Made by a program: the position numbers and the translations under genes. A stretch of DNA of 64,000 nt from the NCBI GenBank assembly GCA_951406725.2, contig OX597818.1, positions 72,912,001-72,976,000 of the forward strand, read 5' to 3'. Below are positions 26,768 through 41,478 of this stretch, one piece after another; the first letter of the stretch is position 1, and each line of letters begins with the position of its first letter. The notes under the pieces are model-generated. The model saw nothing but the letters and a program-made list of their open reading frames with translations, searched no databases and was not told the DNA's origin. Source of the stretch: Octopus vulgaris (Eukaryota).

Positions 26768-28844
26768 TTCTGTTTAAATTCGCTATAAAACCTACGTATA
26801 CCGTCAATGCCCTGCACATAAGTGCTACATGCAGTCTACTTATTCTCTACATAAGCTATATATATTTTCTTTCCTTTTCCTTATTTCAACTTTAAACACT
26901 CATTTAAGAATGAACCACTACTGCAGCAACATCTTAGAAATTTCTTTTAAAATAAATGTCTTCTCAGGCCGTTTTGCATGAAACTGTCTTCCTACATAGT
27001 TATCTTTTTGTTAATATATTTTGTGAGGTAGTATTTTAAGTTCTTCATAATTTCAATAGAGACATATTTATAGAATCGTTTGGCAAAGAAGCAAATCTTA
27101 TTAGTGGATGAATGAGCATTGTATCCAAAGAAAAGCGTGCATTTCCATATTGGTTGAGAGTTCTTTGTCTGAAGAATGGTCAAGTAATATCAGGTGATCT
27201 TGCCGATAATTTAGTTTCGTAGTAACTTTCCGATACTTAATAACAAAAGAGCGTTACGTGATTCGTTATGAATAATAATAACAATGTTAGTTATTGTCAT
27301 ATATTAACTACCATTGATACAGGCATGGACAAATTGCTAATAACTTCATTTTGCTACTTTCATATCGCCCTCGGACCAAGCCCAGCTATTTGAGTAAAAA
27401 GCCTGTCGTATGAATTGGACATTTGAATACAAACACTAGCTTTGAAAGTTCCTGTCACCGTGACCCCTGCCTAAGATTAAGGAAACACTAATGGTCGAGG
27501 ATTCTACATATTGATTCTTTGAAATAGCAATCGTTACAATCACCGTCGAAACCGACGGAGTTTCATTTGCTATAAATTTGCTTTTATTTACAACAAATGA
27601 AATACAGAGATCAAAGTTCTGAAATAGAATAAAATTAATGAAATTACCCAAGACACTGTAGGTTTATAAGTACAAAATTTATCGTAGAGTTCTCTAAATG
27701 TTCAACAACAAATCAATGACGCATATTATTTTTTATCTAATTTAAAGTGAAAGTTTCTGTTTGTGACTCGACTTTCATAATTTCATAAATTAGAGGATAT
27801 ATACAGGGGTAGGTTAGACGTTTCCTCGACATTACAAGTCTGAGAGCTCGTGCATATGACAGAATTCAATATGAACCATCTGGACATTTATGACTTGTTT
27901 CACATGACACGTCTTCATTAGTCGGTGTCGCCGCGTTCTATCTACAGCTAAGAAATATAAAGCCATATACTAGCATATTTATACATGCACTCATACATTC
28001 AAGCAAACATACAAAAAATTACACACATACACAATACTCATACAAAATGCACCTGCTACAATAATACACGGATACATACATGAATAAAGTGTGCATATGT
28101 GTACTTACCCTGTGTGAGCTAAAGAACTTCAAACATAATTTAAATTATGCATGTATACACCCACCTGTATATTTATATAAATGAAGTAGGTATGCATGGA
28201 TGGATGTATGCATGTGTATGTATGTGCGTGTATGTATATATGTAGAGGTGTATATGTTTATATATTTATATCAATATACGTATCTGTATATATATCTTTT
28301 ATCTTTCACTACTTTCAGTCATCAGACTGCGGCCATGCTGGAGCCCCGGCTTGAAACATTTTAGTTTTTTAAAGCCTGGTACTTATTCTATCGTCACCAT
28401 TGTCGAGCCACTTGAGCTATCTGTCTGTAAACACACCACCAACAGTTATCAAGCGATGTTATATATTACGGAATTGATCGCTACTAAAGGCCTCCACTAA
28501 TGATCTACTTCGTCCTCTCGACGAAACTGGAAGCGAGGGCAACAATTTGGACAGCGTATCTTCGTTTGTAGGAAAGTGCCCTATAAAGACATATATTGTT
28601 GAAACAGCTTTAAGAGATCATCTGTTACCCTCCCTACTTTATATCTTAAGACCTACTCTGTTGTATCAATTGAGCGATAGCTTTTAAATATATAAAGGCC
28701 ATAATCGATACAGTTGTAAGTTGCAAGCGTGTTCGTACTTCTATTTTACTTAACAGGTACCAGCTCAATGATAAACTGCCTATAACCATCCACAGATATT
28801 CAGCTTCAACCTCACTGAACTCTAAATAAAAAATATATATATAT

Positions 28845-28923
<79 letters not shown>

Positions 28924-29141
28924 AACCCCCCACCAAAAAAAAAAAACAAGAACACAAAAAATCTCAACGCGGGGACGTGGTACATGTAAAGTATTAGCAG
29001 ACGCTTAGGGAAGGAAAGTATTTTTCAGAAACATAAACATAAGACAGTGGAAAGTCCAATAGAAAAGAAAGACGGAGGAAAAGAAAAACGCCAACGATTC
29101 ACATGTGGTTACATCTCTCTCTCTCTCTCTTTTTATATATA

Positions 29142-30055
29142 TCTCTTATGATAAAAGGCAGATTTTCTCTGCCTCCCAAACCGTTCGTTTTTTATAAAAT
29201 TCTACAATATAGAATTTCTTCAATTGGAATTTACCTATCATTTTTACAAGTAGATTCCATCGGGTCGTGGCATGTAAAGTTTTTTTCAATTTCACCCCCA
29301 ATTCGAGAAAAGTAAATATTTTACGATTTCCCTCTTTCATTTCAAGTGTTTCACTCCTACCATTACCACTACACTTTCTCCTCCTTTCTCTTTGCAAGTG
29401 TGCAACAATTAAAGTGAAAGTATTTATATAAAAGGATGAGCAATTAATACTGGTCATCCTTTTTGCTAGAAGAAGATCCGCTGTGGTCTTATATGCTACA
29501 CCACTGGTTTTCAATTCATATTAATCAAATTAATATTCAATTTTTCACCCTTATTATGTGTGTGTGTATTAGCAATTCGTATAAAATTGCATCAATGACT
29601 TGAACTTGAATAAGTGGTTTCACATAAATGGGGATACATTAAAAAGGTTTGTTGTTATTATTATTACTGTTTGACTATTGTAATCACGTTTGTTGGTTCC
29701 GCGTCAGGGAAACGTTGTTGTGTTGCATTTGTTAAATAATTGTAAATCGTAACCCTCCCCCTTTCGGAGAAGGGGCTTTGGTTATTGTTTTAAAATTGAA
29801 TTGTGTCCCTGTTTGGGGAAATTGACAATATTTTCACCATCTTTACGGAAGCATTATTGTTAAAATGCCTTCGATAGAAGAAAGTCCAAAAATTAATATC
29901 GCTGCAGTCGTACACTTCTATACAAAAGGGAGGACAAGATCCAATTGATCGAAATTGCAAAAGACGGGCCTACAATTCCAGTCTGTTATATATTTTGAGT
30001 ATTGTTATCACTAGCGATATCAAGATATAACTTTCTATTTTGTATTTTATGTGTA

Positions 30056-30101
<46 letters not shown>

Positions 30102-31544
30102 TGTACATGTAATATGTACACATATATATATATATACACATATATACATGCATAATATATCTACCCATACACACACACGTACACACACACATACATAGGG
30201 GCAGGTGTGGCTTTGTGGTAACAAACTACGTTCGAAGATACTGTACTTGATATGGGCGGTAGTGCCTTGCCGGTCTATGGCCTACCTTCAACAAACCGGG
30301 AAGGCACAAACACTCTGTCTTCACATTTGCTGCGTGAGACATGTTTTAATGTTGACGAGCTTGCCGAGTACATAGCCGACAATGAGCCAAAGCTCCTTCC
30401 AGAACAGAAATTCGCTTACAACTCCGTTGTTAATTCAGTCCGGGTCAAAGCTGTGGGAATATTTTTCCTGGACGCTCCTGGGGGAACTGGGAAAACTTTT
30501 CTCAACAAATTAATATTGGCTGAGATTAGGCGAACACAAGGCATTGCCCTAGCTGTGGCATCATCTGGAATTGCGGCTACTTTGTTGCCAGACGGCAGGA
30601 CAGCTCACTCCACTTTCAAGCTTCCACTTGACTTAGCGAAGACTGAGACACCAACTTGCAACATCAGTAACAGCTCCGATCAGGCAGAAGTCTTCAGACG
30701 ATGCAAGCTTATCGTTTGAGATGAATGCACGATGGCCCACAGAGGTGCTCTTGAGGCACTAGATAGATCTCTCAGAGACATCAAACACTCTTCAGCTCCC
30801 ATGGGAGGCATAGCACTTCTTCTTTCAGGGGACTTCCGACAAACACTTCCCGTTATTCCCAAAGGGCCTAGAACTGATGTAGTAAGTGCGTGTCTAAAGT
30901 CATCCACATTGTGGCCACTGGTGAAGACTCTCAAACTTCACACCAATATGCGTGCTCATATGCGACGTAATATCACATCAGCAGCATTTTCTCACACCCT
31001 CCTTGCACTTGGCGAAGGCAAAATACCAGGGAATGAAACTGGTAATATTGCCATCGATTCCATTTGTACCATTGTTAAAACGCCTTCTGATCTCAGAGAT
31101 TCAGTGTTCCCAGATCTACAAGCTAATTATCAGAATATGAATTGGATTGGCCAAAGGGCTATTCTGGCCCCAAGGAATAAAACTGTTCACCATATTAATG
31201 ATGAAATGCTAAAACTCATTCCTGGGGATGTCTATATATATAAATCTATCGATACAACTCCTGACCCAGAGGACGTCATCAACTATCCAATAGAGGTACT
31301 CAATTCCTTTGAGCCCCCGGACTACCACCACACATTCTCAAACTTAAAGTTGGTGCCCCTATAATGCTCATTAGAAATTTGGTTCCCCCAAAACAATGCA
31401 ATGGCACACGTTTGATCGTTAAGTCCTTATCTCCCACCGCAAACTTATATCAATATTTGCCTGAATAATCATCATAATTCAGTGCAATCATTAACAGTAC
31501 TTTCAAGCAATTCAGTCCTGAGCATCGCCGGGCAATTCTGCTAG
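29142..31544 (+). mobile_element. Helitron, internally deleted
   Basis: 5' A|TCtcttatgataaaagg; PIF1 helicase remnant; 3' GC-rich hairpin cctgagcatcgccggg followed by CTAG|T. The 5' boundary is less certain than the 3' end. Confidence 0.8.
30240..31436 (+). pseudogene. Helitron RepHel PIF1-family helicase domain (stop and frameshift)
   Basis: FFLDAPGGTGKTF (Walker A), AVASSGIAATLLPDGRTAHSTFKLP, LIV*DE (TGA at 30717 replaces W), GDFRQTLPV, RAILAPRN; frameshift near 31320, then [26 protein letters not shown]. Confidence 0.93.
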
Positions 31545-31596
31545 TATATATATATATATACATATATAAATAAATACACACACATATATATATGTG

Positions 31597-31664
<68 letters not shown>

Positions 31665-32304
31665 GATATATATATACACACATTTATATATATAAATATA
31701 TATGTTTATATACATATGGATAGACGCATGTAATTAGACACACAGACACAAGCAGACACACGCATACAAAAGCACACGCACGCACACACATGCATACACA
31801 CACGCGCCTTAACAATTGTTTTTTATTAAGTTATACATAAAAAAAAACAATTTAACAACCCAAGGTTTAGACAAAACATTTTTAGCAGAGTACAAAATAA
31901 CGTGTGGAAAACAACATTTAATCTTTTTCTTGTAAACAGTAATATCTAACTTGTCAGTATTTCAATTTTTTTTTCTATTGAATACTCTCATTCTTATATA
32001 CAAAATCACACACGCGCACGCATACATATGTAACCGCTCATACAGATAGTCAGACAAACAAACACATTTAACTGCAGCCATACTTCAACACCGCGTTGTC
32101 GGCCTGAGAATATAGCAGAAAGTACTTGGCCAATATTCCATGCGTCAAACTAAACCCGGAAGCATTTGGTTGGGAAGCAAAGCTCTTACCACATAGCCAC
32201 GCCTATGTAGTTAGATTAATTATCTCTGTCTGTCTGTCTCTCTCTTTTACACACACACACACACATACACACACACACATATACATATATATATATGTAT
32301 ATAT

Positions 32305-32349
<45 letters not shown>

Positions 32350-32582
32350 CACATATATATATATGTATATGTGTGTGTGAGTGTGTGCGTGTGTGTGCAT
32401 GTGTGTGTTTATTTATTTTATGTATATATGTCTGTGTATTTGGGTACATATGATTTTGTATATATGTGAGCGTGTGTTTGCGTGTCAGTTTGTAAGTATT
32501 CAAATTTTGGGGTGAATCTGTAAGTCGATTAGGTCGACCCCAGAGTTTAACATGTACTTTATACATACATACACACACACAC

Positions 32583-32644
<62 letters not shown>

Positions 32645-32648
<4 letters not shown>

Positions 32649-32921
32649 TTTTTTTTGATTTGGTTTGTAAGATTCTTTATATGAGTTCGTGTGTTGAAGC
32701 ATATTCTGTTGTATCCGGGAAGAGTCATTTTCTTTTCGTCCCTTATAATGTAAAACACTCACCGGTAAAATTTCCACTTATTTCATATTTTTATTTCTCT
32801 AAAATTTTCGTTGCGTCTTGCAACCTTTTGAATAGTCTTGACTCAAGACTATTGAAAATGTTTGCAAGACGCAACGAAAATTTTAGGAAAATAAAAATAT
32901 GAAATAAGTGGAAATTTTACC
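32645..32921. mobile_element. Short element ending in a ~77-bp-arm palindrome with variant hammerheads (family H3)
   Basis: 32764-32840 versus 32844-32921 inverted; right arm reads cta-TTGAAAA-tgtttgc-aagac-gcaac-GAA-AATT-T-tag. Confidence 0.75.
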
Positions 32922-33445
32922 CGAAAGTATGAATGGCAAAATCAACCACGGCAAAATTTGTACTCAGAAAGTAAAACAGCGAAAAGGTGCTCAGCATGTT
33001 TTTTCCGGCGCAGTAACGATTTTGCAAGCTTGCTGCCTTAGAAAAGAAATAAAATATTAGCAATTTAGCGAACGAAAGCAAAAAATATATTAATGCAATA
33101 ATCGTTGCACTCGAAACCTGATAAATAATATTATTACGTGTATATTCAAAGTGAGTCAATCACTAACGTGTGAAAACCTGCGTTTGAATGACTCATTCTC
33201 ACAATTATAAACTTAATATATTGTTATCTCTCTCCAATAATTCAACAACCGTAACGGATGATGCTTGCTTATATCGATTTCTTATTCTCGGTTGCCTTTC
33301 ACCCTTTTTTGTGTGTATGTTTGTCTGCATGATTTTAGGTACGGGTACGTTCGCGCGTGTATACGAATTCTTATGGTGTGTGCGTGCGCTAAAAGCTATA
33401 GATTCCGCCTGTAAATTTTATCATACATATATTCACAAGCATGCA

Positions 33446-33495
<50 letters not shown>

Positions 33496-33645
33496 TACAT
33501 ACACACACACACGCTCACACATACACACTCATACATACACACTCACAAGCAGAGAGAAGTGTATACAAACATGCGAATATACACACATATTTATCACTAA
33601 CTGCTTATATGTGTGGCTGACTGTCTCTACTATTCTATCTATTTA

Positions 33646-33708
<63 letters not shown>

Positions 33709-34609
33709 AATATGTGCATACGTGTATAAATATATGTGCGTGTGTGTGCACGCACACATATATTTCTGACATTGCGTCAATGAACTTTCAGATAGCTTTT
33801 CATTCCTGCTACAAATCTCCATGGTTGTAAACAGAGGTGGCAGTTACAACTTCTATTGTATTAACAAGATCAGTATTCGAGATAGCAGCTTAAAAGCTGC
33901 ACTGCGTGCGGACTTCTAAGGTAACTCCTACTGACAGCTAATTGGTCCTGCGGCCCAAATCTGAAAGGAGATATTATAATCCTACCATCTCAGATTTATA
34001 ACACAGAGTATCACATTTGGAGAATGTTGTGTCAATGTGACATATGAAGATAATTGTAAAGTAGCAGGAGAAACAATATTTGGGGATTTACCATTTGGTG
34101 TGAGTATGAGTAAATTAAATTTCTTCAAAGCGGTGCCCCAGTATGGCCAAAGTTTGATAACTGTAAAGGATAAAAGAACTACTAAATTCCTTACCTAAGT
34201 GGGGTAACTTTTGTTCATCTTTCTGACTAATACTATGGCCTTGAAACCTCTCACGGTCGCTTTACCTCCTAGAAATAGTAACCCAAATGCTTTTAAATCA
34301 GAGCCTAATGCTGGATATTTAAGAACCAAATGAAGATGACATTTTTAATCCTGGGATCATCCTGATTCCCAAAACATATGATATGTTTATGTAGGGCAAA
34401 TGTAGATTGAGATACAGTGAGTCCCAGATGGTTGGACAGACAGAATTTTGCATTTATTAATATCGCTGATCCCTGTGAACTGGTATATCTCTTCAGAAAT
34501 CGGTTTGCATGCCCTTTCACACGCTACACACAATGAATCACCTAGCCTAAGAGAAAGATATTTCTCAGATTTTATGTTCCCATTGAAGTTCTGATATCCC
34601 AGCTAAAGC

Positions 34610-34940
34610 CAGTACGTTAGGCTTTTGTGCTGAAGGCAACGCTCTTCAAAAGTTTTCTGTTCCTTCATGTTGCCTTTTATACAATCTTTTCACAGTTTTT
34701 GTGGTTTGAGCTGAGGACATTTTCTAGTGCAGAGCTCACTGTACAACAGCCGTTTGGGAACCTTATCTTGTGGCCTGCCCAACGCATATGAATAATCATG
34801 AGTAGTGGCTTGATGATGCTGCATCCTGCCTTTTTAAGGAATTTTGTCAGGTGTTTTGCTTTGCGTCTTCATGATGAGTATATATCCCAAATATTATTCA
34901 TGAATAGGCTCAAGCAGCTTGGTATGCTTACGTTGTACTG
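34610..34940 (-). mobile_element. RTE LINE 3' fragment
   Basis: Minus frames: RKHTKLLEPIH, LKKAGCSIIKPLLMIIHMRWAGH, VPKRLLYSEL..KDCIKGNMK. Confidence 0.75.
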
Positions 34941-37900
34941 TCCATGTGTCTGAAGAATAGAGCTGTTAGTGCGCAAGCCCTGTCCAAAACAAACAGAGCC
35001 ACATTACCCACAACAACAGCAACAACAACTTCAACGTTAATGGTATTAAAAACAGTTGGAACCACAACACCAGTAACCGCAACAACGATAACAAAATTTA
35101 CAACGACAATATTAAAGCACCAATGAACCCCAGACTCTTCTATAACCCCAACGACAAGTCCTATGCCATGACACGGATTTACCCCACACACTTACCATTG
35201 AACAAAAGATTATGCACAAACGGTGAGACAGAGGTAAAATTTTCTTTAGCTTGAGGAAGACTTAAGCACATTTTTTTTAACTGGTATAATGTAAGCACTA
35301 GGAAGCAAAGCGAGGCGGGGTCCCATTAACTAGGTTCAACGATCTCTAATGCCTTACAAAATAAAAAGAGCGCATTAAGAATAATAAAAGAGCATTCCTC
35401 CCTAGATACATGTCTGGCAGAATGCCGGTATACAGTTTGTAGGATTATGCACAGACCATAGAATAACACATCAGTAACATGATAGAGGTTTCTCCACATG
35501 AATATGGAAAAGAGGAAAAACGCATGGGAATGTGGTGCAAAATATACCCACCTAAAAGACGAACCGCACAAAATTTCCAAACGCCCAACAACGATATTCC
35601 TACACTCTTTGGGTTACGGAAGGACAATAACCCTTTTACAGGGTACCCAAACCGTCCAGTTTGCGATTTCCAGCAGCTATTCACTGTTCTACTTCCTCTC
35701 GCAACTATTGAGAATGTCCATCGAGATGTCTCCGGATCTCTTTATAAGCACTGAAGCCATGTACAGAAACTTTATACACTGCATGCAATTCTCTATGACT
35801 AAAGAGACAGTGTCAGAGTGTACTGCGGGGCTAAGTAAAAATTAGATAATATCATAAATAAGGACACCAGTGGAACCCGCCCTAGATCGATGTGCAAATA
35901 ATCGAGCAGAATGAAAAGAATTTGTGATAAAGCAAACAGAACAAACATGTGGAATCAGACATACATTTGAAGGAGTAATGGTTGTAGCGACTACGTCGCA
36001 TGAGGAGTTAGCCAGCAGCTTTATGAAGGCTCTGAACGACACCAAATGCAATATAAAGAAACCGTTGAGAAACCAAGGGACCCATCAGATGACTATTAAG
36101 TATGATGTACCCCTTCGACAAAACTACATGAACCACTAATGGCTGTAAGATCAGGAATATGATACAAAATATATACAACATAAAGTGCATGCTGTGGGAT
36201 TGTAAGAATCGGAATACAACATATATTGGGAGACTTCATGGCTGCATGTCGAGCGATTAAACATCGATATTCTGTCAAATCATCCAAGACTATTCAAAGC
36301 TCTCAAGAATGTTCTCATAAATGAGACATTATCAATACCAAAGAGAAGATAAACATTGAATGTAGTAGAACTTTAACGTCACCGTTATCATCCACGCAAT
36401 ATACATACATGGATGCGTCTATCTTCATGTATGTGGTGATACAGGTAGGTATATAAAGGGTAGGGTTGGAACGACAGTAGAATGCATGTAAGCTTATACA
36501 TGTAAATGCATGTAGATATGTACAATTCAAATACACATCCGTACACATCCATGCACGTGCACATGTAGACAGAGGTCAGTACAGATAAGGTACGGGAAAA
36601 TGGTAGCAGGTTACAAGGGAATCCATAGAATGCAGATAAATACGTGTAGCTATGAACAGTGCCTATACGCAACTATACACATCCACGCGCACATATACAG
36701 ATAAATACACATAGATAAAGATACATTTGCAGATAAATACACACACACACGTACACAGGAACCCAAGAACACACAACTACATACGCCATGCATACACGCG
36801 TACACATATACACAGATATTTGCAGGTACACGCGCTGATACAAACTTACACAGATATGTACATGCACAAACGCATACGATCACACGCGCATACAAAATAA
36901 TATATACACGCAAACAAACGCACATACGCAGACATACACACTGATGCTTACGTATTCAAAAACCCACCACACACACAAGCAGATGGCTACGGACATATTC
37001 TGGAATCCACTCACACGGGTAAACACACATACACATATGTGCATATACACTCACTCAGAGATTCGACTCAAGCACACGAACACGCGCGCACTAGACCATA
37101 CAATTGCGCACGCGCAAACATACAGACTTGCACACTCGCGCGCACGAAGATGCTCATACAGACTGGCACGCTGAATATCACAAAGACACCTACCCCGTTT
37201 TTCCCTCCTCTCCACACAAAAATAACCGCACACTACACCCATAAATCATTATAGAATGATAAGCGGACGACAGCAGATCTGAGACCGAACTGATCTTGAG
37301 CAAAAAGGCCAAACTTTTAGTGAGATCACGGATGGCGCGTGCACACACACCCACAAACTCTTAGAGGTAATCATGCGGGTGAATACAAACAAAACCGCAC
37401 AGACGCGCACGCGCACACACAGACGTGTATGCGCACTCACACATATGCACACATATACCCTCTTACCCTTCGTTTACTCTCACCCTTCCTTCTTTTCTAA
37501 GAAAACACACATCTACATACACATATACAAGTATGCATATAGGCAAGCCTAAACCCAATTCTCAGACAGACGCAGAGCAGATCTTGGGGCTAGAAGGAAA
37601 GTAACTAAGTCTCTGAAAATATCGCGAACAGTGACGAAAGATCTTTGACTAAAAAAAACAGCTGAGTGATTGCTTAATCAGCACATTAAACAAACAAGCA
37701 ATATCTAACCAACTAAAAATAAAGAATTGGTACTAAACCAGTGCGCGTGTTACTATTATTGGCCTAAAGACACGGAGATATATAAACATTAATAATCTTT
37801 TGTAATAACGACACAAGGCCTGAAATTTTAGGGGAGAAATTTATTTCATATTTTAACACCCTAAACTGCATGATAACGTCATAGATTTCATAGCAAATGC

Positions 37901-38425
37901 TGAACTGGTGATACAACAATTATAAAGACTGTTCAATGGCAGGAGTAGCATGTAAATATCATAGAAAGTAAAATATTCGGGTAATTTACATTTTATTAAC
38001 TGCGTTGGAGAATTTGCTGAGAGATGTTTCATGGAAGAAAGAGACGAGCAAACATAATGTTAACGTAGTTTAGTAAGCTACCAACGTCTAATTTCTCTTA
38101 TCACAGAATATATTTCTAGAAAATTCTCTCAGCAAATTATAAAATTATATATTTAAACGTAAGAAAAAAGTTCATAACTTTTTATAAATATATTTTTCGC
38201 TGAATGGATCATAAAATTTTCCATTTTTCATTTGTGATCGACGGAAGTGTTGTTCCAATTTGTTAGAATTTAAATTGCAATAAACAAATGATAATAATGG
38301 TAACAACAACAATAATAATATAAGTAGTATATGATATTTATGCGTTACATATATATCCACAATTTTTGTTATATAATAGACAATAATATCAGGAACTAAG
38401 AGGCTTGTGTAAGAGTTTAACGAGT

Positions 38426-38502
38426 CTAACAGCTGTTTCTGGGGGTTTGATGGTTTAAAATAATGCTTGTAACTTGATACCTCCAGCCCCCGTCTTCAAG
38501 GA
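38426..38502 (-). ncRNA. Degenerate hammerhead-like motif
   Basis: tcc-TTGAAGA-cggggg...ccccca-GAA-ACAGCTGT-T-aga. Confidence 0.55.
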
Positions 38503-38584
38503 AGAATTTCACATTTGATGTGTTGACAGAAGGAAGATTAAAAATGGAATACCATCTTTAATCCAAACACTTCTTCCATCGATG

Positions 38585-39640
38585 TTGTGCTTGGATCTCA
38601 TTGGTGATGGAACTTTAACCCTGTTGGTCAAAAATGTCATTAACCGCTAATATATCATCATCACTGCGCTACTGGTTCTCAGTCAAGTATCGTTTCAGTT
38701 TGGGAAACAGATATTAGTCAGATGGCGCCAAATCAGAAGAATAGGGTGGATAATCAACTAGTCCAATGCCACAGTTACGTACAGTAGCCATTGAAACCAA
38801 GATTCTTTGTGCTGGAGCATTGTCCTGATGAAACAGGACTCCTTTCGTCAGGTTTTCAAGGTGTTTGATCTTGATATTTCGTAACTGCCTCAGCCTTTTG
38901 GCATAGTAATCTCCATTGATGGTGTGATCCTTTTGAAGATAGTCAATAAACACAATTCGTTTAGTATAACAAAACAGTGCCACCATTACCTACCTGACAC
39001 ATAAAGCAACCTCGACCTTCTTTGAAGCAGGCGATGAGGGGTGTTTAAATAGTATAGATTGTCTCTTTTTCTCTGGCTCAAAGTAATGAAAACAACCCTC
39101 ATCCTGGGTTAGGAAATGTTAAAAAGAATCCAGCTAGTTCTATCACAAACAAAATCAGATATTCCTGCGATGTGATCAGCTTGGTTTGATTCTGATCAGG
39201 TGTCAGAAGACGTGGCACTCACTGAATACGCAAATAGCATATCCTATTCGATTTATAGTCAATCGCCTGACATCCATTAGCATGTGTTGAACACGAACAA
39301 TGTTTTCCTTGGAGATAGCAGATGCACTTCTGACGTCAGATGATCTTCAAGATTCTCCCTTTCTACCTCACATTTGAACCTATTATAAAGCTAGAGCGTC
39401 ATCCTCTAAGGTAGTAACCATGGTAGTGTGAATGACGTTGAGGGCTAAAACATTTTATCTGCAGGTACTTGATAACACCAAAGTGCTGAATTTTGTCCAT
39501 TTTCAAGAGAAACCGCCACTAGTTAGTTTTGAGCAGTTTCCCAGGGAAAAAATACAGTTGTTGAAACTTATACATGCAAGATTTCCCAGCTCTAGCATCA
39601 CACATACGTAGTCAGCCTATGAAGCTGTCAGCCTCACCAC
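38585..39640 (-). mobile_element. Mariner transposon (decayed transposase)
   Basis: ORF 38714..38986 reads IDYLQKDHTINGDYY..LRQLR..GVLFHQDNAPA..YPPYSSDLAPSD (HDNA and YSPDLAPSD motifs); TIR-like end tcagcctcaccacg|TA near 39640. Confidence 0.9.
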
Positions 39641-39722
39641 GTAAATATGTATCAGTATTTATATGTATATCTGTATATCCAGTATTCATCGTTAAACGTG
39701 TATCTCTCTCTCTCTCTCTTCG

Positions 39723-39830
<108 letters not shown>

Positions 39831-39902
39831 TATACATACATATATATATATATATAAATATACATGTGTGTGTATATATATATATACATTTATATATGTA
39901 TG

Positions 39903-40015
<113 letters not shown>

Positions 40016-40132
40016 AGATTCAAATGAATATGGTACTTAAGTTGTGGCAGCAGAATTAGTAAGGTATTATCCACACAATTTCAAACTAATGTGATTAAAA
40101 TCAAAATAAGCAACAATGATATCCAGAGGTAA

Positions 40133-40219
40133 TGCAGGATGATCGTTTCATGCAACTCCATTTAAGTGAACAATGCAATCATTACATCAATTTAAAATTC
40201 AGAGCAATCCTCAACTGCA
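40133..40219 (-). ncRNA. Hammerhead-like motif at the end of an AT-rich element (~40020-41470)
   Basis: tgcag-TTGAGGA-ttgc...gcat-GAA-ACGATCAT-C-ctgca; 5-bp stem I. Confidence 0.6.
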
Positions 40220-41478
40220 CAAAGACATGAAATTTAATTAAATTAGAACAGATGGACACATTAGTAAAATTATACCTAAAATCTCCAAGAAATTAAGGAG
40301 ATAGAAGTTACTAAATTATCAAGAAGTTATGCCTTGTTACTGTCTCTGCCTGTCACCGATTTCTTTGTTTTTATGGGGTCAGTTTTAATTTATAGAATAG
40401 TTTATCAAATCCTTGTATATCCAAGGATGAAAGAACAAAGGGCAGTATCTGGGGTAGGGCTGAGGGAGTAGACAGAAATCATAGTTGGTGTAGTCATAAA
40501 AATCAAGATTCATTAGAATCAATATCATGAGGTTTGGTAAAAAACAAATGTAAGACAAGATGTTATCTGACAAGTGAAGGGGTCGCCCGTTAGCAGACCA
40601 TTGATAATGAAAGGGGGGAAGTCTCATTATGTAGTACTATAGTTAAATATTTTAAATAATGTTGCTGTATTTTAAAGGTTAGGGTTATTCAGAAGATTCT
40701 TAAGAAGAATATTATAACAAAAGGCTAGAAATTTATGAATACTTTTGAGTATATACCAAACTTTTACCACAATAGAGGGAGAAAATGAAATTATTCAGAA
40801 ATATTTTAATATTTATACATATTGTACACTTAAATAATAACTTATCAGATGGTATCTGTGAATTTTGATTAATTGGTACATACTGGTTAATAAAAGAGCA
40901 GTTTTTTATAAGTAGTGAATATACCAGTATAGTTTTATATAAGCTAAGTATGAATTTAGAGAGATACAAAACTTAGATTAATTTTATAAATAGATAAATA
41001 AATAAAGGTTAATTATAAAATAATAAAGAAATAAAATAAAAATAATCAAGTAGGGCAGAACACCATAGAAGAGGAATAAAATATATTAATTACTAATACT
41101 ATGGTAAAGTATATGTAGCTTATTAACACCAATAGATAAGATTTACAGAAAAAGAATAATAATTCAAAATATATTAGACTAAAAATTATATATTTACTTA
41201 TTTAGCTAATATCAATAAAAGACTGATGTCTGGTATCAGCTAAAGGAATATTTAAATTATGGAACATTCATATTTTACACTAATTAAAAAAAAAAAAACT
41301 AAGGGTTATATTATAGGCTTAAGAAATTATTATTGTTACTCCCTACATGATATTTATAGTTTCTTAGTGGTACTTGTTTAGAAGGGTTATTTATATAAAG
41401 GCCCTTAGAAATACTAAGATCAGGAGGGTAGAGCCATTTAAGAAAGAGATAAATCAAGTAATTTCTATTTGTTAATAT

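Noticed and set aside
35300-36340. Complex sequence with short ORFs, possibly an exon or RT relic (VVATTSHEELASSFMKALND)
   Set aside because: No diagnostic motif is recognisable; a TBLASTX/HMM search is needed.
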